Shown here: in pieces, positions 17,928 through 26,985 of the stretch
Position numbering within the stretch: the stretch's first letter is position 1
Layout of the letters: every line of letters starts with the position of its first letter
Assembly: GCA_044368545.1 (NCBI GenBank)
Contig: JBIPPG010000002.1
Coordinates: forward strand, 1 to 40,613
Direction of reading: 5' to 3'
Source: Chitinophagales bacterium
Lineage (GTDB): Bacteria; Bacteroidota; Bacteroidia; Chitinophagales; JADJOU01
DNA: 40,613 nucleotides
Translations under genes and position numbers: made by a program
Notes under the pieces: generated by a model
Database searches by the model: none
What the model saw: only the letters and a program-made list of their open reading frames with translations
What the model was told of the DNA's origin: nothing

Positions 17928-18623
17928 ATGCAAAAAGTTATAATTATTTTATTGGTATTCATGAGTCAAATACTTTTGGCTGCAAACAAATCGGATACAT
18001 TTATGGCGCTGGGTACTTATTACTACCAGCAGAAAGATTATATTCATGCAAAAAAAATGCTGGATAGTTGTGTGATGCTAAACAATCAGAATGACCACTG
18101 TGGCTACTATCGGGCTCAAATAGCTTTTGATGAACAAGATTATGATTTAGCCAAAATCATTTTCAAAGGAGTATTGGGATTACAACCTAGAGATTATGCG
18201 TCGTGGAATATGCTTGGGCTTACTTTTTTGGAACTCAAACATTATGATAGTGCCGAATTTTGTTTCAAAAATGCCGTGAAATTAAACTCAAAAGAAGCTA
18301 AATTCTTTGCAAATTGGGGTAAAAATCAATTATTGCGTGGCAATCCTTCTCATGCTTTAGAATTGTTCAACACCGCTATTTTCCTCGATCCAAAATATTC
18401 AAATTTTTATGTAAATAGAGCTATCATATTGGAAAAATTGGGTCGTAAAGATAGTGCCATTCAAGATTTGAAGGAAGCGCAAGCACTAGACCCTCAAAAC
18501 AAAATTGTAGCGAGCAAACTCAAAGAATTAAGCCCTTCTTATCTATATCTATACATAGGATTGGGAGTCTTATTTGTTTTGCTATTTGTATTTTTGGTTT
18601 TTCGTAAGAAAAAAACCAGCTAA
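17928..18623 (+). CDS. TPR-repeat protein with N-terminal signal and C-terminal transmembrane anchor
   Basis: The start at the ATG at 17928 gives MQKVIIILLVFMSQILLA. Several 34-aa TPR-like units follow (e.g. ASWNMLGLTFLELKHYDSAEFCFKNAVKLN). The C-terminus YLYIGLGVLFVLLFVFLVF is a transmembrane helix. A candidate -7 box TATTTTTG lies at 17914-17921. Confidence 0.8.
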   Translation: MQKVIIILLVFMSQILLAANKSDTFMALGTYYYQQKDYIHAKKMLDSCVMLNNQNDHCGYYRAQIAFDEQDYDLAKIIFKGVLGLQPRDYASWNMLGLTFLELKHYDSAEFCFKNAVKLNSKEAKFFANWGKNQLLRGNPSHALELFNTAIFLDPKYSNFYVNRAIILEKLGRKDSAIQDLKEAQALDPQNKIVASKLKELSPSYLYLYIGLGVLFVLLFVFLVFRKKKTS

Positions 18624-18638
18624 TCTGAATTCCATTTG

Positions 18639-19496
18639 ATGAAAGTAATTCATACGAAAAAAGAACTGAACGAATTTCTGTTTCCTTATAGAAATTCTAA
18701 TAAAACCATTGGATTTGTGCCTACAATGGGCGCTTTGCATACGGGTCATTTATCGTTGGTAGAAATAAGTGCGAAAAGCTGCGATATTACTATTATGAGT
18801 ATTTTTGTAAATCCTACCCAATTCAACGACATAAAAGATTTTGAAAAATACCCTCAAAATTTGACCTCTGATATCGAAAAATTAAAATCAAGCCCTTGCG
18901 ATATTGTATTTGCTCCTAATGCAAATGAAATATATGAAAATGGGTTGAATGAACGAATCATTATAGATTTAAAAGTGTTGAACACTATATTGGAAGGCGA
19001 AAAACGCCCCGGACATTACGATGGCGTGGTAACAGTAGTCTATAAATTATTCAATATCGTCCAGCCCAATAAAGTATTTTTGGGAATGAAAGATTATCAG
19101 CAAGTATTGGTAATCAAAGAATTGATAAAACAAAAACAAATGCCCATTGAAGCTATTGGTTGTCCTACATTGCGAGAGCCAAACGGACTAGCTATGAGTA
19201 GTAGAAATACACGATTGAGCGAAGACGAAAAAGAAATTGCTTTAAATTTGTCAAAAGCACTTCATTTCATTATTTCTCAAGTGGGTAAATCTACTCCCAA
19301 AATAGCTATAACAAGCGCAATTAAACAATATTTGACAAACCCTCACATTAGACTAGAATACCTTCAAATTAGTCCCGAAAATGATATTTCAATAGAAATA
19401 AATGATTGGGAAGAAGCCGATAGCTATGTCGTTTTAATAGCCGCTTTTGTAGGAAATATAAGGCTTATAGACAATATGGTCTTTTCAAAACAATAA
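18639..19496 (+). CDS. panC: Pantoate--beta-alanine ligase
   Basis: GFVPTMGALHTGHLSL (HIGH-like motif), FVNPTQF and GHYDGV are diagnostic. The ATG at 18639 immediately follows the track's TTG. Confidence 0.93.
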   Translation: MKVIHTKKELNEFLFPYRNSNKTIGFVPTMGALHTGHLSLVEISAKSCDITIMSIFVNPTQFNDIKDFEKYPQNLTSDIEKLKSSPCDIVFAPNANEIYENGLNERIIIDLKVLNTILEGEKRPGHYDGVVTVVYKLFNIVQPNKVFLGMKDYQQVLVIKELIKQKQMPIEAIGCPTLREPNGLAMSSRNTRLSEDEKEIALNLSKALHFIISQVGKSTPKIAITSAIKQYLTNPHIRLEYLQISPENDISIEINDWEEADSYVVLIAAFVGNIRLIDNMVFSKQ

Positions 19497-19618
19497 AAAA
19501 TCGTCTACTTTTTATTACACTTTTCAGCGATTGTATAAATTGCTATAAATTAGTTAGTTAATACATTTTAACTTTGCAATAAAATTAGAACAATCTGAAA
19601 CAGCATTTAGAAAGTATT

Positions 19619-20455
19619 TTGAATTTATTAGACGACGATTCGTTGTATCCTATTCTAAAAAAACAAATTTTAGAACTGGATCACTATCGTTTTGATGTCA
19701 TGTCAAAAGAAATCATACAATGCAAAGAATTTCATCCAGAATTGTCTTCAACGTTAGACAAACTAAATGAAGATTTAAAGCTTGATCATTTTCTTACAAG
19801 TTTGATTATCAATCTAAAAGATTCAAATTTCAAATTAATCCCTTTTATTTTAGAACTGAATGATTTAATTTTTGGAAAAAATGAATTTCAGAATAATGAA
19901 CGTTTTTTTGAAGACTTGTGCCATCATATTAAATCTCAAATCACTTGGCAAACATCTCCTGTAGAGATTTACAATATTTTTAATAAATCGATAGCAGAGT
20001 TGTTTATAATAGAATATACCGAGTCGTTATTTACCTATAATTTCAACGCTATTATTTCTTCCCGAAAAATCAATTTAAATGCATTGGCATTATTGTATTT
20101 GATGGTAGCTGAGCGTATTGATTTACCAATTTTTGGAATGCCCGTACACGACAAACTATTACTTTGTTTGACCAAAGAGCATTGCTACCACAATGAAATG
20201 GTATATGAAGATGATATTATTTTTTATTTTACCCCTTCGGAAAATGGCGTAGTCTATACTATTGAAGATCTTGAATTTATCGCCGAAAAAAATGATTTAA
20301 GTTTAGATATCAATAGCAAATTACCAAAAGGAAACAATAGTATTGCACAACATTGGTTATTTAGAATTGAGCTTTTGCAAAAAATGCCCAATACCTCACA
20401 AAAGTTATCCATATATTTTCAACAAATTTTGGAATTATTAAAAAATCCCGAATAA
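19619..20455 (+). CDS. Hypothetical protein, possibly transglutaminase-like (SirB1/Transglut_core2-like)
   Basis: 278 aa with a TTG start. INLNALALLYLMVAERIDLPIFGMPVHDKLLLCL weakly resembles the core of SirB1-type proteins. A candidate -7 box TAACTTTG lies at 19569-19576. The functional call is weak. Confidence 0.45.
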   Translation: MNLLDDDSLYPILKKQILELDHYRFDVMSKEIIQCKEFHPELSSTLDKLNEDLKLDHFLTSLIINLKDSNFKLIPFILELNDLIFGKNEFQNNERFFEDLCHHIKSQITWQTSPVEIYNIFNKSIAELFIIEYTESLFTYNFNAIISSRKINLNALALLYLMVAERIDLPIFGMPVHDKLLLCLTKEHCYHNEMVYEDDIIFYFTPSENGVVYTIEDLEFIAEKNDLSLDINSKLPKGNNSIAQHWLFRIELLQKMPNTSQKLSIYFQQILELLKNPE

Positions 20456-20518
20456 ATTACGGTCAATCTTGATTTTTTTTCTTAAAATTGCACTTTAAAA
20501 ATATATTAACTTAAGCAA

Positions 20519-21247
20519 GTGAAGTATAATGCAACTTTAAATTCAATAAAAGCCTACAATGAGTTTCTTGGAGGAAAATGGCGATTAATCATAATCGACC
20601 AATTATTCTCTAGTACACAGCGATTCAAAGACTTATTGGCTCATATCGAAGGCATTACACCCCGAATGCTTACAAAAGAGTTGCGATCTCTGGAAAAATA
20701 CAACTTAGTAGAAAAAGAAGTATACCGCGAGGTGCCGCCACGTGTAGAATATTCACTTACCGATAAAGGCGTAAAACTTTTCCCATTGCTTGAAAATATC
20801 AAAAATACAGGCGATATATTCTTGGAAGAATTGCATGAAAATCCAGGAATGCTCACTTCGGTAGTTCTCGAACGTAAAAACTCAAAATCAAGCAAAATAA
20901 AACATCCCGAACCTCAACTGGAGATAGTGGTAGATGAAGATACCGAGATTAAATTTGTAAAATTGGATATTAAAAAAGAAGAATATCAATTGCCTATTCG
21001 CCAGCAGACACATTCTACCAAAAAACGTATAGAAGATATCGTATTGGATGAAGTATATCAAGAAGAAATTATTGAAGCAAATGAAATCGATTTCCAATTT
21101 GAAACCGAAAAGGAAATTTTAATAAACGAAGAGATCATAAACAACGAAAGTGTAACGGATATAGAAAAACCAAAAGTAGAGAAAAAGAAAAAAGATACAC
21201 CACCAAAAACAGATCCAAAACAATTTGTTCAGTTGGAATTGTTCTAA
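20519..21247 (+). CDS. HxlR-family winged-helix transcription regulator with a long charged C-terminal extension
   Basis: 242 aa with a GTG start. Residues 1-105 (LGGKWRLIIIDQL...GITPRMLTKELRSLEKYNLVEKEVYREVPPRVEYSLTDKG) are a typical HxlR domain. Residues about 106-242 are a low-complexity tail rich in E, K and I. Confidence 0.8.
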   Translation: MKYNATLNSIKAYNEFLGGKWRLIIIDQLFSSTQRFKDLLAHIEGITPRMLTKELRSLEKYNLVEKEVYREVPPRVEYSLTDKGVKLFPLLENIKNTGDIFLEELHENPGMLTSVVLERKNSKSSKIKHPEPQLEIVVDEDTEIKFVKLDIKKEEYQLPIRQQTHSTKKRIEDIVLDEVYQEEIIEANEIDFQFETEKEILINEEIINNESVTDIEKPKVEKKKKDTPPKTDPKQFVQLELF

Positions 21248-23151
21248 ACTATTTTTTTGAAACTATCCCCTATCCCTTTCTCTAACTCTCCCAATTCCAG
21301 CATTCTATCTATAACTTTTCGAATTAGCATTATATCAATTTTTGGATTGATTTTCTTGATAAATTCTATATCAAAAAACACATGTTTATCCATTCGATCA
21401 AGTATATTTTTTCTTATTTCTATGTATACTTGTGAAGGTGTATTGGAAATATTAGCTAAACAAATATCGCATTTTCCACAACGATTTTTGGTCTTTTCGC
21501 CAAAATAATTCAACAAAAATACACTTCTACACGTATCTTTCAGCTTGAGAAAATCTAATACCGACTCAATTTGTGTCATATACTTTTCTTTTCGCTGCAA
21601 ATAAAGCGTATGATTGATTTCCATTTTTTCTTTGGCTCGTTTTGCCTCAAAAAACACGATTATGGGACTATTAGAAGCTGGCTTAAAAGTAAGAAACCCT
21701 TTATCTTCCAATGATTTCAGATTGGCTTCCACATCTTTTAGCGCATAATGATGTTTTCGTGCAAAATAGTCCAAATCGATTTGTCTTTCATTTCCAAAAA
21801 GCCCCTCAAAAGTTCGGATTAATTGTTTTGTAAATTGCTCCAAATAAGGATATGATTTATAAAACTCAAACACTTCGTTGGATTCATAATGAATACAGGC
21901 TCTTGCAGGACGAAAATACATATCTTCAAGCGCTATCCATTCATTTTCTATTAAAATATCTAAACAGAGTTGTGTTTTGGTTCTTTGCAGCTGATATTTA
22001 TCACAAAACGAATCAAATGAAAATGAATACGATTCATTCTCTCCCGATTCAAAGGGAATATTATAATAATTATACAACAATGTCATAGTACTTCGCACCT
22101 CATCCAACGAAGGGTATAATGTCTTTTTATCTTCTATTTCTTTAATATCATTGGGTTGTATCAAGGCTATTCCATAAGCCTTTTCGCCATTTCTTCCAGC
22201 ACGCCCCACTTCCTGAAAATAGCCTTCAAGGGAAAGAGGAAAATGAAAATGAATGACTGTGTCTACATCCGATTTATCAATTCCCATCCCAAAAGCATTG
22301 GTACAAATCATTACACTTTTTGATTGAATCCAACGTTCTTGTTTTTGCATTCTTTCCGAAAAAGAAAGTCCTGCATGGTAATAATCAACAGCTATTTTAT
22401 TGTCTTTCAATATTCTATACAATTCTTCGGCAGAACTCCGTCTATTAACATAAATTAATTTGGAACTCATTTTTTTCTGTAAAATTCCAATTAAACGATC
22501 TACTTTATTGGTGCAAGGGAGTATCGTATAACTCAAATTTGGTTTTTCATAACTACTGGAAAAAATTTCAGGTTTAGAAAAATCCAATTTTTCTACAATG
22601 TCTTTTTGGACTAATAGCGTAGCAGTAGCCGTCAATGCCAAAAAAGGACAAGAATCGATATAATTTCTAAGTTCCGAAATCTTGAGATATGAAGGTCTAA
22701 AATCATAGCCCCACTGCGAAATACAATGCGCCTCATCTATGGCTACCATACAAATTTGCATCTTGCGTATATAATTCAAAAATTGTTGGGATTGAATCCT
22801 TTCGGGCGATACATACAAGAACTTTACTTTGCCGTCTATGCATCCACCGATAATCTTAGCGACATCGTTTGCGTGCATAGAGCTGTATATACAAGCTGAA
22901 GGTATTCTTTTGCTTCGCAGTTGCATCACTTGGTCTTTCATCAAGGCCACCAAAGGCGAAATGACTAAGCAAAGCCCCTCTTGCATCATAGCAGGCACTT
23001 GAAAACAAATCGATTTGCCGCCACCGGTCGTCAATAGCGCCAAAGTATCGGTTTTATGCAATACCGATTCAATAATTTCCCATTGCATAGGTCTAAAGGA
23101 ATCATAATTCCAATACTGCTTTAATATTTCAAGGGCTTTTTGTTTGAGCAT
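21244..23151 (-). CDS. recQ: ATP-dependent DNA helicase, RecQ family
   Basis: SFRPMQWEII, TGGGKS (Walker A), DEAHC (DEAH box), a helicase C domain and the C-terminal Cys cluster CGKCDIC. I moved the start to the ATG at 23151. The TTG at 23181 lies inside an upstream terminator. Confidence 0.9.
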   Translation of the reverse strand: MLKQKALEILKQYWNYDSFRPMQWEIIESVLHKTDTLALLTTGGGKSICFQVPAMMQEGLCLVISPLVALMKDQVMQLRSKRIPSACIYSSMHANDVAKIIGGCIDGKVKFLYVSPERIQSQQFLNYIRKMQICMVAIDEAHCISQWGYDFRPSYLKISELRNYIDSCPFLALTATATLLVQKDIVEKLDFSKPEIFSSSYEKPNLSYTILPCTNKVDRLIGILQKKMSSKLIYVNRRSSAEELYRILKDNKIAVDYYHAGLSFSERMQKQERWIQSKSVMICTNAFGMGIDKSDVDTVIHFHFPLSLEGYFQEVGRAGRNGEKAYGIALIQPNDIKEIEDKKTLYPSLDEVRSTMTLLYNYYNIPFESGENESYSFSFDSFCDKYQLQRTKTQLCLDILIENEWIALEDMYFRPARACIHYESNEVFEFYKSYPYLEQFTKQLIRTFEGLFGNERQIDLDYFARKHHYALKDVEANLKSLEDKGFLTFKPASNSPIIVFFEAKRAKEKMEINHTLYLQRKEKYMTQIESVLDFLKLKDTCRSVFLLNYFGEKTKNRCGKCDICLANISNTPSQVYIEIRKNILDRMDKHVFFDIEFIKKINPKIDIMLIRKVIDRMLELGELEKGIGDSFKKIV

Positions 23152-23168
23152 TAAACGAAAATAAAAAT

Positions 23169-23176
23169 CAAATATA
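23169..23176 (-). promoter_or_regulatory. Candidate -7 box (TATATTTG on the minus strand) for recQ
   Basis: The plus strand reads CAAATATA, 18 nt upstream of the ATG at 23151 and just downstream of the ribosomal-protein operon terminator. Confidence 0.4.
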
Positions 23177-23179
23177 TAC

Positions 23180-23214
23180 AAAAAAAGCTATCTCGATTCG
23201 ATGAGATAGCTTTT
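23180..23214 (-). terminator. Rho-independent terminator of the rpmB-rpmG-DUF4295 operon
   Basis: The minus strand reads AGCTATCTC-ATCGAATC-GAGATAGCT followed by TTTTTTG. The 9-bp perfect stem spans 23186-23211. Confidence 0.8.
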
Positions 23215-23241
23215 ATATAATTTTAATAAAAATAAAATGGA

Positions 23242-23415
23242 TTATTGTTTTTTGCTATCCAAATATTCTTTTACTAAGTCTTTGTGAACGATTTTCTCTC
23301 TAAATTGGTATGCACCTGATTTAGCAGATTTTTCCGCAGTGATTACTTTTACATAATCTTTTGATCCTTCTTGTGCCTGACGATTCGTTTTGGCGTTTTT
23401 TGAAACCTTTGCCAT
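23242..23415 (-). CDS. DUF4295-family small basic protein (probably ribosome-associated)
   Basis: Below the ORF-track size cutoff. Hand translation gives MAKVSKNAKTNRQAQEGSKDYVKVITAEKSAKSGAYQFREKIVHKDLVKEYLDSKKQ (57 aa). It starts 7 nt downstream of rpmG on the same strand and is followed by the operon terminator. Confidence 0.75.
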   Translation of the reverse strand: MAKVSKNAKTNRQAQEGSKDYVKVITAEKSAKSGAYQFREKIVHKDLVKEYLDSKKQ

Positions 23416-23421
23416 ATCTTA

Positions 23422-23610
23422 TTATTTAATTTCTTTGTGAACAGTATATTTTCTCAAAATAGGATTGAATTTTTTCAATTCGATTCTATCGGGTGTATTT
23501 TTTCTATTTTTAGTAGTAATATATCTTGAAGTACCTGGCATATTGCTTTCTTTATGCTCTGTACACTCTAATATTACTTGGATTCTATTACCTTTAGCTT
23601 TCTTTGCCAT
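23422..23610 (-). CDS. rpmG: 50S ribosomal protein L33
   Basis: 62 aa. [20 protein letters not shown]...[21 protein letters not shown] is a typical bL33 sequence. Confidence 0.95.
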   Translation of the reverse strand: MAKKAKGNRIQVILECTEHKESNMPGTSRYITTKNRKNTPDRIELKKFNPILRKYTVHKEIK

Positions 23611-23638
23611 TTCTTTCTAATTTTATTTTATTAAATAA

Positions 23639-23881
23639 TTATCTTATTTGAACTTCTCCTTTGTTTTCAAGTTCTTTAAGATATTGATAAATACCTTTTT
23701 TATCAATAGTTCTCAAAGCATACATACTTACTTTCAAAGACACCCATTGGTCTAATTCTGGCACAAAAAACTTTTTCACTTTCAAATTTGGTAAAAAACG
23801 TCTATTTGTTTTTACATTTGAATGCGAAACATAATGTCCTTTCAATGGTTTTTTTCCTGTTAAATCACAAATTCTTGCCAT
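23639..23881 (-). CDS. rpmB: 50S ribosomal protein L28
   Basis: The start at the ATG at 23881 gives MARICDLTGKKPLKGHYVSHSNVKTNRRFLPNL, a canonical bL28 N-terminus. The track's longer ORF adds 8 residues. Confidence 0.93.
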   Translation of the reverse strand: MARICDLTGKKPLKGHYVSHSNVKTNRRFLPNLKVKKFFVPELDQWVSLKVSMYALRTIDKKGIYQYLKELENKGEVQIR

Positions 23882-23902
23882 AATCTTATTAAAATTGAGG
23901 TG

Positions 23903-23910
23903 CAAAAATA
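23903..23910 (-). promoter_or_regulatory. Candidate -7 box (TATTTTTG on the minus strand) for rpmB
   Basis: The plus strand reads CAAAAATA, 22 nt upstream of the ATG at 23881. Confidence 0.45.
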
Positions 23911-24003
23911 ATACTTTTTTCTTAATTCAAAGTTTTTTTTTCACTATTTATCATTTTCGTTATTAACATTGTATGGTATTTGAGACAAATTGAGTAATAT
24001 AAA

Positions 24004-25368
24004 CTATTTCCCAATACAAAACTTCCCAAATATTGTCCCCAAAATATCTTTGTCAACGTCGATAGCGCCTGTGATTTCGCCTATAAAACGAAGCGCATCT
24101 CTGAGATGATAGGAAAGCAAATCGCCTGTCATTCCCATTTGCAAACCATTTTCAAGTTGCAAAAGTGCTTCTAAGGCTCTATTGAGGGCATCCAAATGTC
24201 GTGCATTGCTTATATACACGTCGGTATTTGGTTTTTGTGTTTCGATAATTTCAAAAAGAGTTTGTTTCAAGGCTTCTAAATTCACCTGTGATTTGGCAGA
24301 AATAGAAAGACTCCTAACTTTTTCATTTTCAGTACTATTCAAAATCTTTTGAGATTCTGACAGGGTATCTATTTTATTCGCCAAATGAATAATAGATTTA
24401 TCCATTTTAATCAATTCCTGCAAGGTCGTTTGCGCTTCATCGGTTTCTTTTATATCATACAGATGAATTACTATCTGCGATTGTGTTATTTTTTCTCTCG
24501 TGCGTTCGATACCTAAATTTTCAACAATATCTTCGGTTTCTCGCAAACCTGCGGTATCGATAAAACGAAATGCAATTCCTTGTATATGAATGGTTTCTTC
24601 AATGGTATCGCGAGTAGTTCCTGGAATATCGCTCACCAAAGCGCGTTCTTCGTTGAGCAAAGCATTGAGCAAGGTAGATTTCCCCGCATTGGGCTTTCCT
24701 ACTATGGCTACTGGCACGCCATTTTTAATAGCATTGCCATACGCAAAACTCTGGATCAAATCGTTCAACTGCGTTTTGAGCTTATAAATCAAATCTTGAA
24801 GTTCTTTTCTATCCGCAAATTCCACATCTTCCTCACCAAAATCAAGTTCCAACTCAATCAACGCTGTAAAATTTATCAATTCTTCTCGCAATAAAGCCAA
24901 TTTATTTGACACACCACCTCGCATTTGTGTCAAAGCCATTTGGTGTGCAGCCTTCGACTCCGAGGCTATCAAATCGGCTATGGCTTCTGCTTGTGACAAA
25001 TCCAATTTTCCATTCAAAAAAGCTCGTTGGGTAAACTCCCCAGCACTAGCCATTGTGGCTCCTTCGCGCATTAACAAATCCAAAATTCGCTGTATGATAA
25101 AAGGCGAGCCGTGACAAGAAATTTCAGCAGCATTTTCACCTGTATACGATTTGGGATTTTTGAAAACAGATATCAAAACTTCATCTACCAACTGTTCCTT
25201 ATCTCTTATTTCTCCAAAATGAATGGAATATCCAGCGGCTTCGCTCAATCGGGTTTTGCCATAAAAAATAGTATCCAAAATAGTCAAGGATTCTTTGCCA
25301 CTAAGCCTTATTACAGCTATTGCGCCAGAACCTTGTGGGGTAGAAAGTGCTACGATAGTCGAACTCAT
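24004..25368 (-). CDS. mnmE: tRNA modification GTPase MnmE
   Basis: 454 aa. STIVALSTPQGSGAIAVIRLSG N-terminus, G-domain GKPNAGKSTLLN and DTAGLR, and the C-terminal FCIGK motif. Confidence 0.95.
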   Translation of the reverse strand: MSSTIVALSTPQGSGAIAVIRLSGKESLTILDTIFYGKTRLSEAAGYSIHFGEIRDKEQLVDEVLISVFKNPKSYTGENAAEISCHGSPFIIQRILDLLMREGATMASAGEFTQRAFLNGKLDLSQAEAIADLIASESKAAHQMALTQMRGGVSNKLALLREELINFTALIELELDFGEEDVEFADRKELQDLIYKLKTQLNDLIQSFAYGNAIKNGVPVAIVGKPNAGKSTLLNALLNEERALVSDIPGTTRDTIEETIHIQGIAFRFIDTAGLRETEDIVENLGIERTREKITQSQIVIHLYDIKETDEAQTTLQELIKMDKSIIHLANKIDTLSESQKILNSTENEKVRSLSISAKSQVNLEALKQTLFEIIETQKPNTDVYISNARHLDALNRALEALLQLENGLQMGMTGDLLSYHLRDALRFIGEITGAIDVDKDILGTIFGKFCIGK

Positions 25369-25378
25369 TTTTTTCTAT

Positions 25379-26443
25379 TTATTTTCGCATACGAGGGTCT
25401 ATCATCAAATATAAAAAATCTACCACAAAAGAAATAACCACAAATGTAAAAGCTACATATAAAGACGCACCCATCACTACGGGAATGTCGAATTTCATCA
25501 AGGCATTGACCGTCAAATTGCCCAATCCTTTGAAATCAAAAATAACTTCTATAAAATAAGCGCCGGCTAACAAACTGCCAAACCATCCCGAAACCGAAGT
25601 AATGACAGGGTTCAATGCATTGAGGAGTGCGTGTTTGAAAAAAACCACTCGAGGACTTAGCCCTTTAGCTATTGCGGTACGAATATAATCTTCGCCCAAT
25701 ACGTCCAGCATACTATTTCGTGTAATTTGGGTAAGAATAGCCACGGGGCGCAATCCCAATGCAATGACAGGCAATATCAAATTTTTCCAGACATAAATTC
25801 GATTGCCATAATCATCCATTTCTATCAAAGAACCTTTGAAACTCAAACCCGTCCATTCGCTCAAATAATATCCAAAAAGGAGGGCTATCAAAATTGCCAC
25901 AAAAAAAGAAGGCGCCGAAATGCCCATAGCAGAAAAAGCCAAACAAGCTTGGTCTATCCACGTATTTTTCTTTACAGCTGCCAAAATTCCCAACAAAACA
26001 CCAATTATGGTAGCAAAAACAATGGAACATAACGCCAAAACTAAGGTACTCAAAAAACGCTGAGCTAGCAAAGTGGTGACCCGTTCTTGATTTTGAAAAC
26101 TTTTGCCAAAATAAGGATATTTTAGATACAGTCCATTTTGTGCTATCGAAAACAATTTGATGCCTTCATACGAAGTGCTGTCCCACGCAAAAACCGTATT
26201 TTCAGCTTCTGAAAAATAGCTAAGGGGCGAAATTTCATTTAAAGAAATCAATAATCGAACCATTGGTGGCTGATCCAAATGAAACTCTTTTGCGATAGCT
26301 TCTTCGGTAGCTTTATTGCTGCTCTGCCCTATCATACTCTGTGCGGAGTTGATTGGCAACACTTGAAATAGAAAAAAAAGAATAATGTATACGCCTAAAA
26401 GTACAGTTAATGAAAATAAAAATTTCTCAAAAATCGACTTCAA
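25379..26443 (-). CDS. ABC transporter permease (DppB/OppB-like binding-protein-dependent inner-membrane component)
   Basis: 354 aa with six predicted transmembrane segments. The EAA-type loop region EDYIRTAIAKGLSPRVVFFKHALLNAL is typical of peptide-type ABC permeases. The start is TTG. Confidence 0.85.
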   Translation of the reverse strand: MKSIFEKFLFSLTVLLGVYIILFFLFQVLPINSAQSMIGQSSNKATEEAIAKEFHLDQPPMVRLLISLNEISPLSYFSEAENTVFAWDSTSYEGIKLFSIAQNGLYLKYPYFGKSFQNQERVTTLLAQRFLSTLVLALCSIVFATIIGVLLGILAAVKKNTWIDQACLAFSAMGISAPSFFVAILIALLFGYYLSEWTGLSFKGSLIEMDDYGNRIYVWKNLILPVIALGLRPVAILTQITRNSMLDVLGEDYIRTAIAKGLSPRVVFFKHALLNALNPVITSVSGWFGSLLAGAYFIEVIFDFKGLGNLTVNALMKFDIPVVMGASLYVAFTFVVISFVVDFLYLMIDPRMRK

Positions 26444-26453
26444 TAGGATGGAA

Positions 26454-26909
26454 TTAGGCTGTAATCATTGGCAAATGCAACCATTTCTCTTCATCGGGAT
26501 TGTGTGAAAAGAAACTGAACATACCACCGCTAATCTCGGCGATACTAAGTGCAAGCGATTGAAAGCTTTCTAGCATTCTATCTTTTGTATTTTCATCCAA
26601 TTTGGGTAAAATAATATTAACTCTTGCAATTTTATCAGACAAATACTGCATTCTAGCGTCATACGCATCCGGCAACATTTCCAAATTCAATGCCATCGAT
26701 TCTTTAATTATATTATGAGCATTTGCATAAAAATCTCTCAAAGAATGATGTGCCGTTTTAATACGAAAAAAAGTCACTTTTTCTGCCCACTCTGTCTCTT
26801 TAAAATCAATTTCATTATCGGCAGCGGCTATTAACAACGAAACAAACATAGGTGTTTCGTGCAATATCGTTAATTCTTCGGAACTTAAATGGCTAAACTT
26901 GTTGTGCAT
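26454..26909 (-). CDS. Hypothetical protein
   Basis: 151-aa ORF packed 10 nt upstream of the permease and 76 nt downstream of the pseudouridine synthase gene on the same strand. I recognise no motif. Confidence 0.6.
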   Translation of the reverse strand: MHNKFSHLSSEELTILHETPMFVSLLIAAADNEIDFKETEWAEKVTFFRIKTAHHSLRDFYANAHNIIKESMALNLEMLPDAYDARMQYLSDKIARVNIILPKLDENTKDRMLESFQSLALSIAEISGGMFSFFSHNPDEEKWLHLPMITA

Positions 26910-26985
26910 ATTGATTGGATAAAATTTTAATTATTGTTTGATACTGCAAATTTAAGGGGATTTGATTTTATGACAAGAAAAATCG

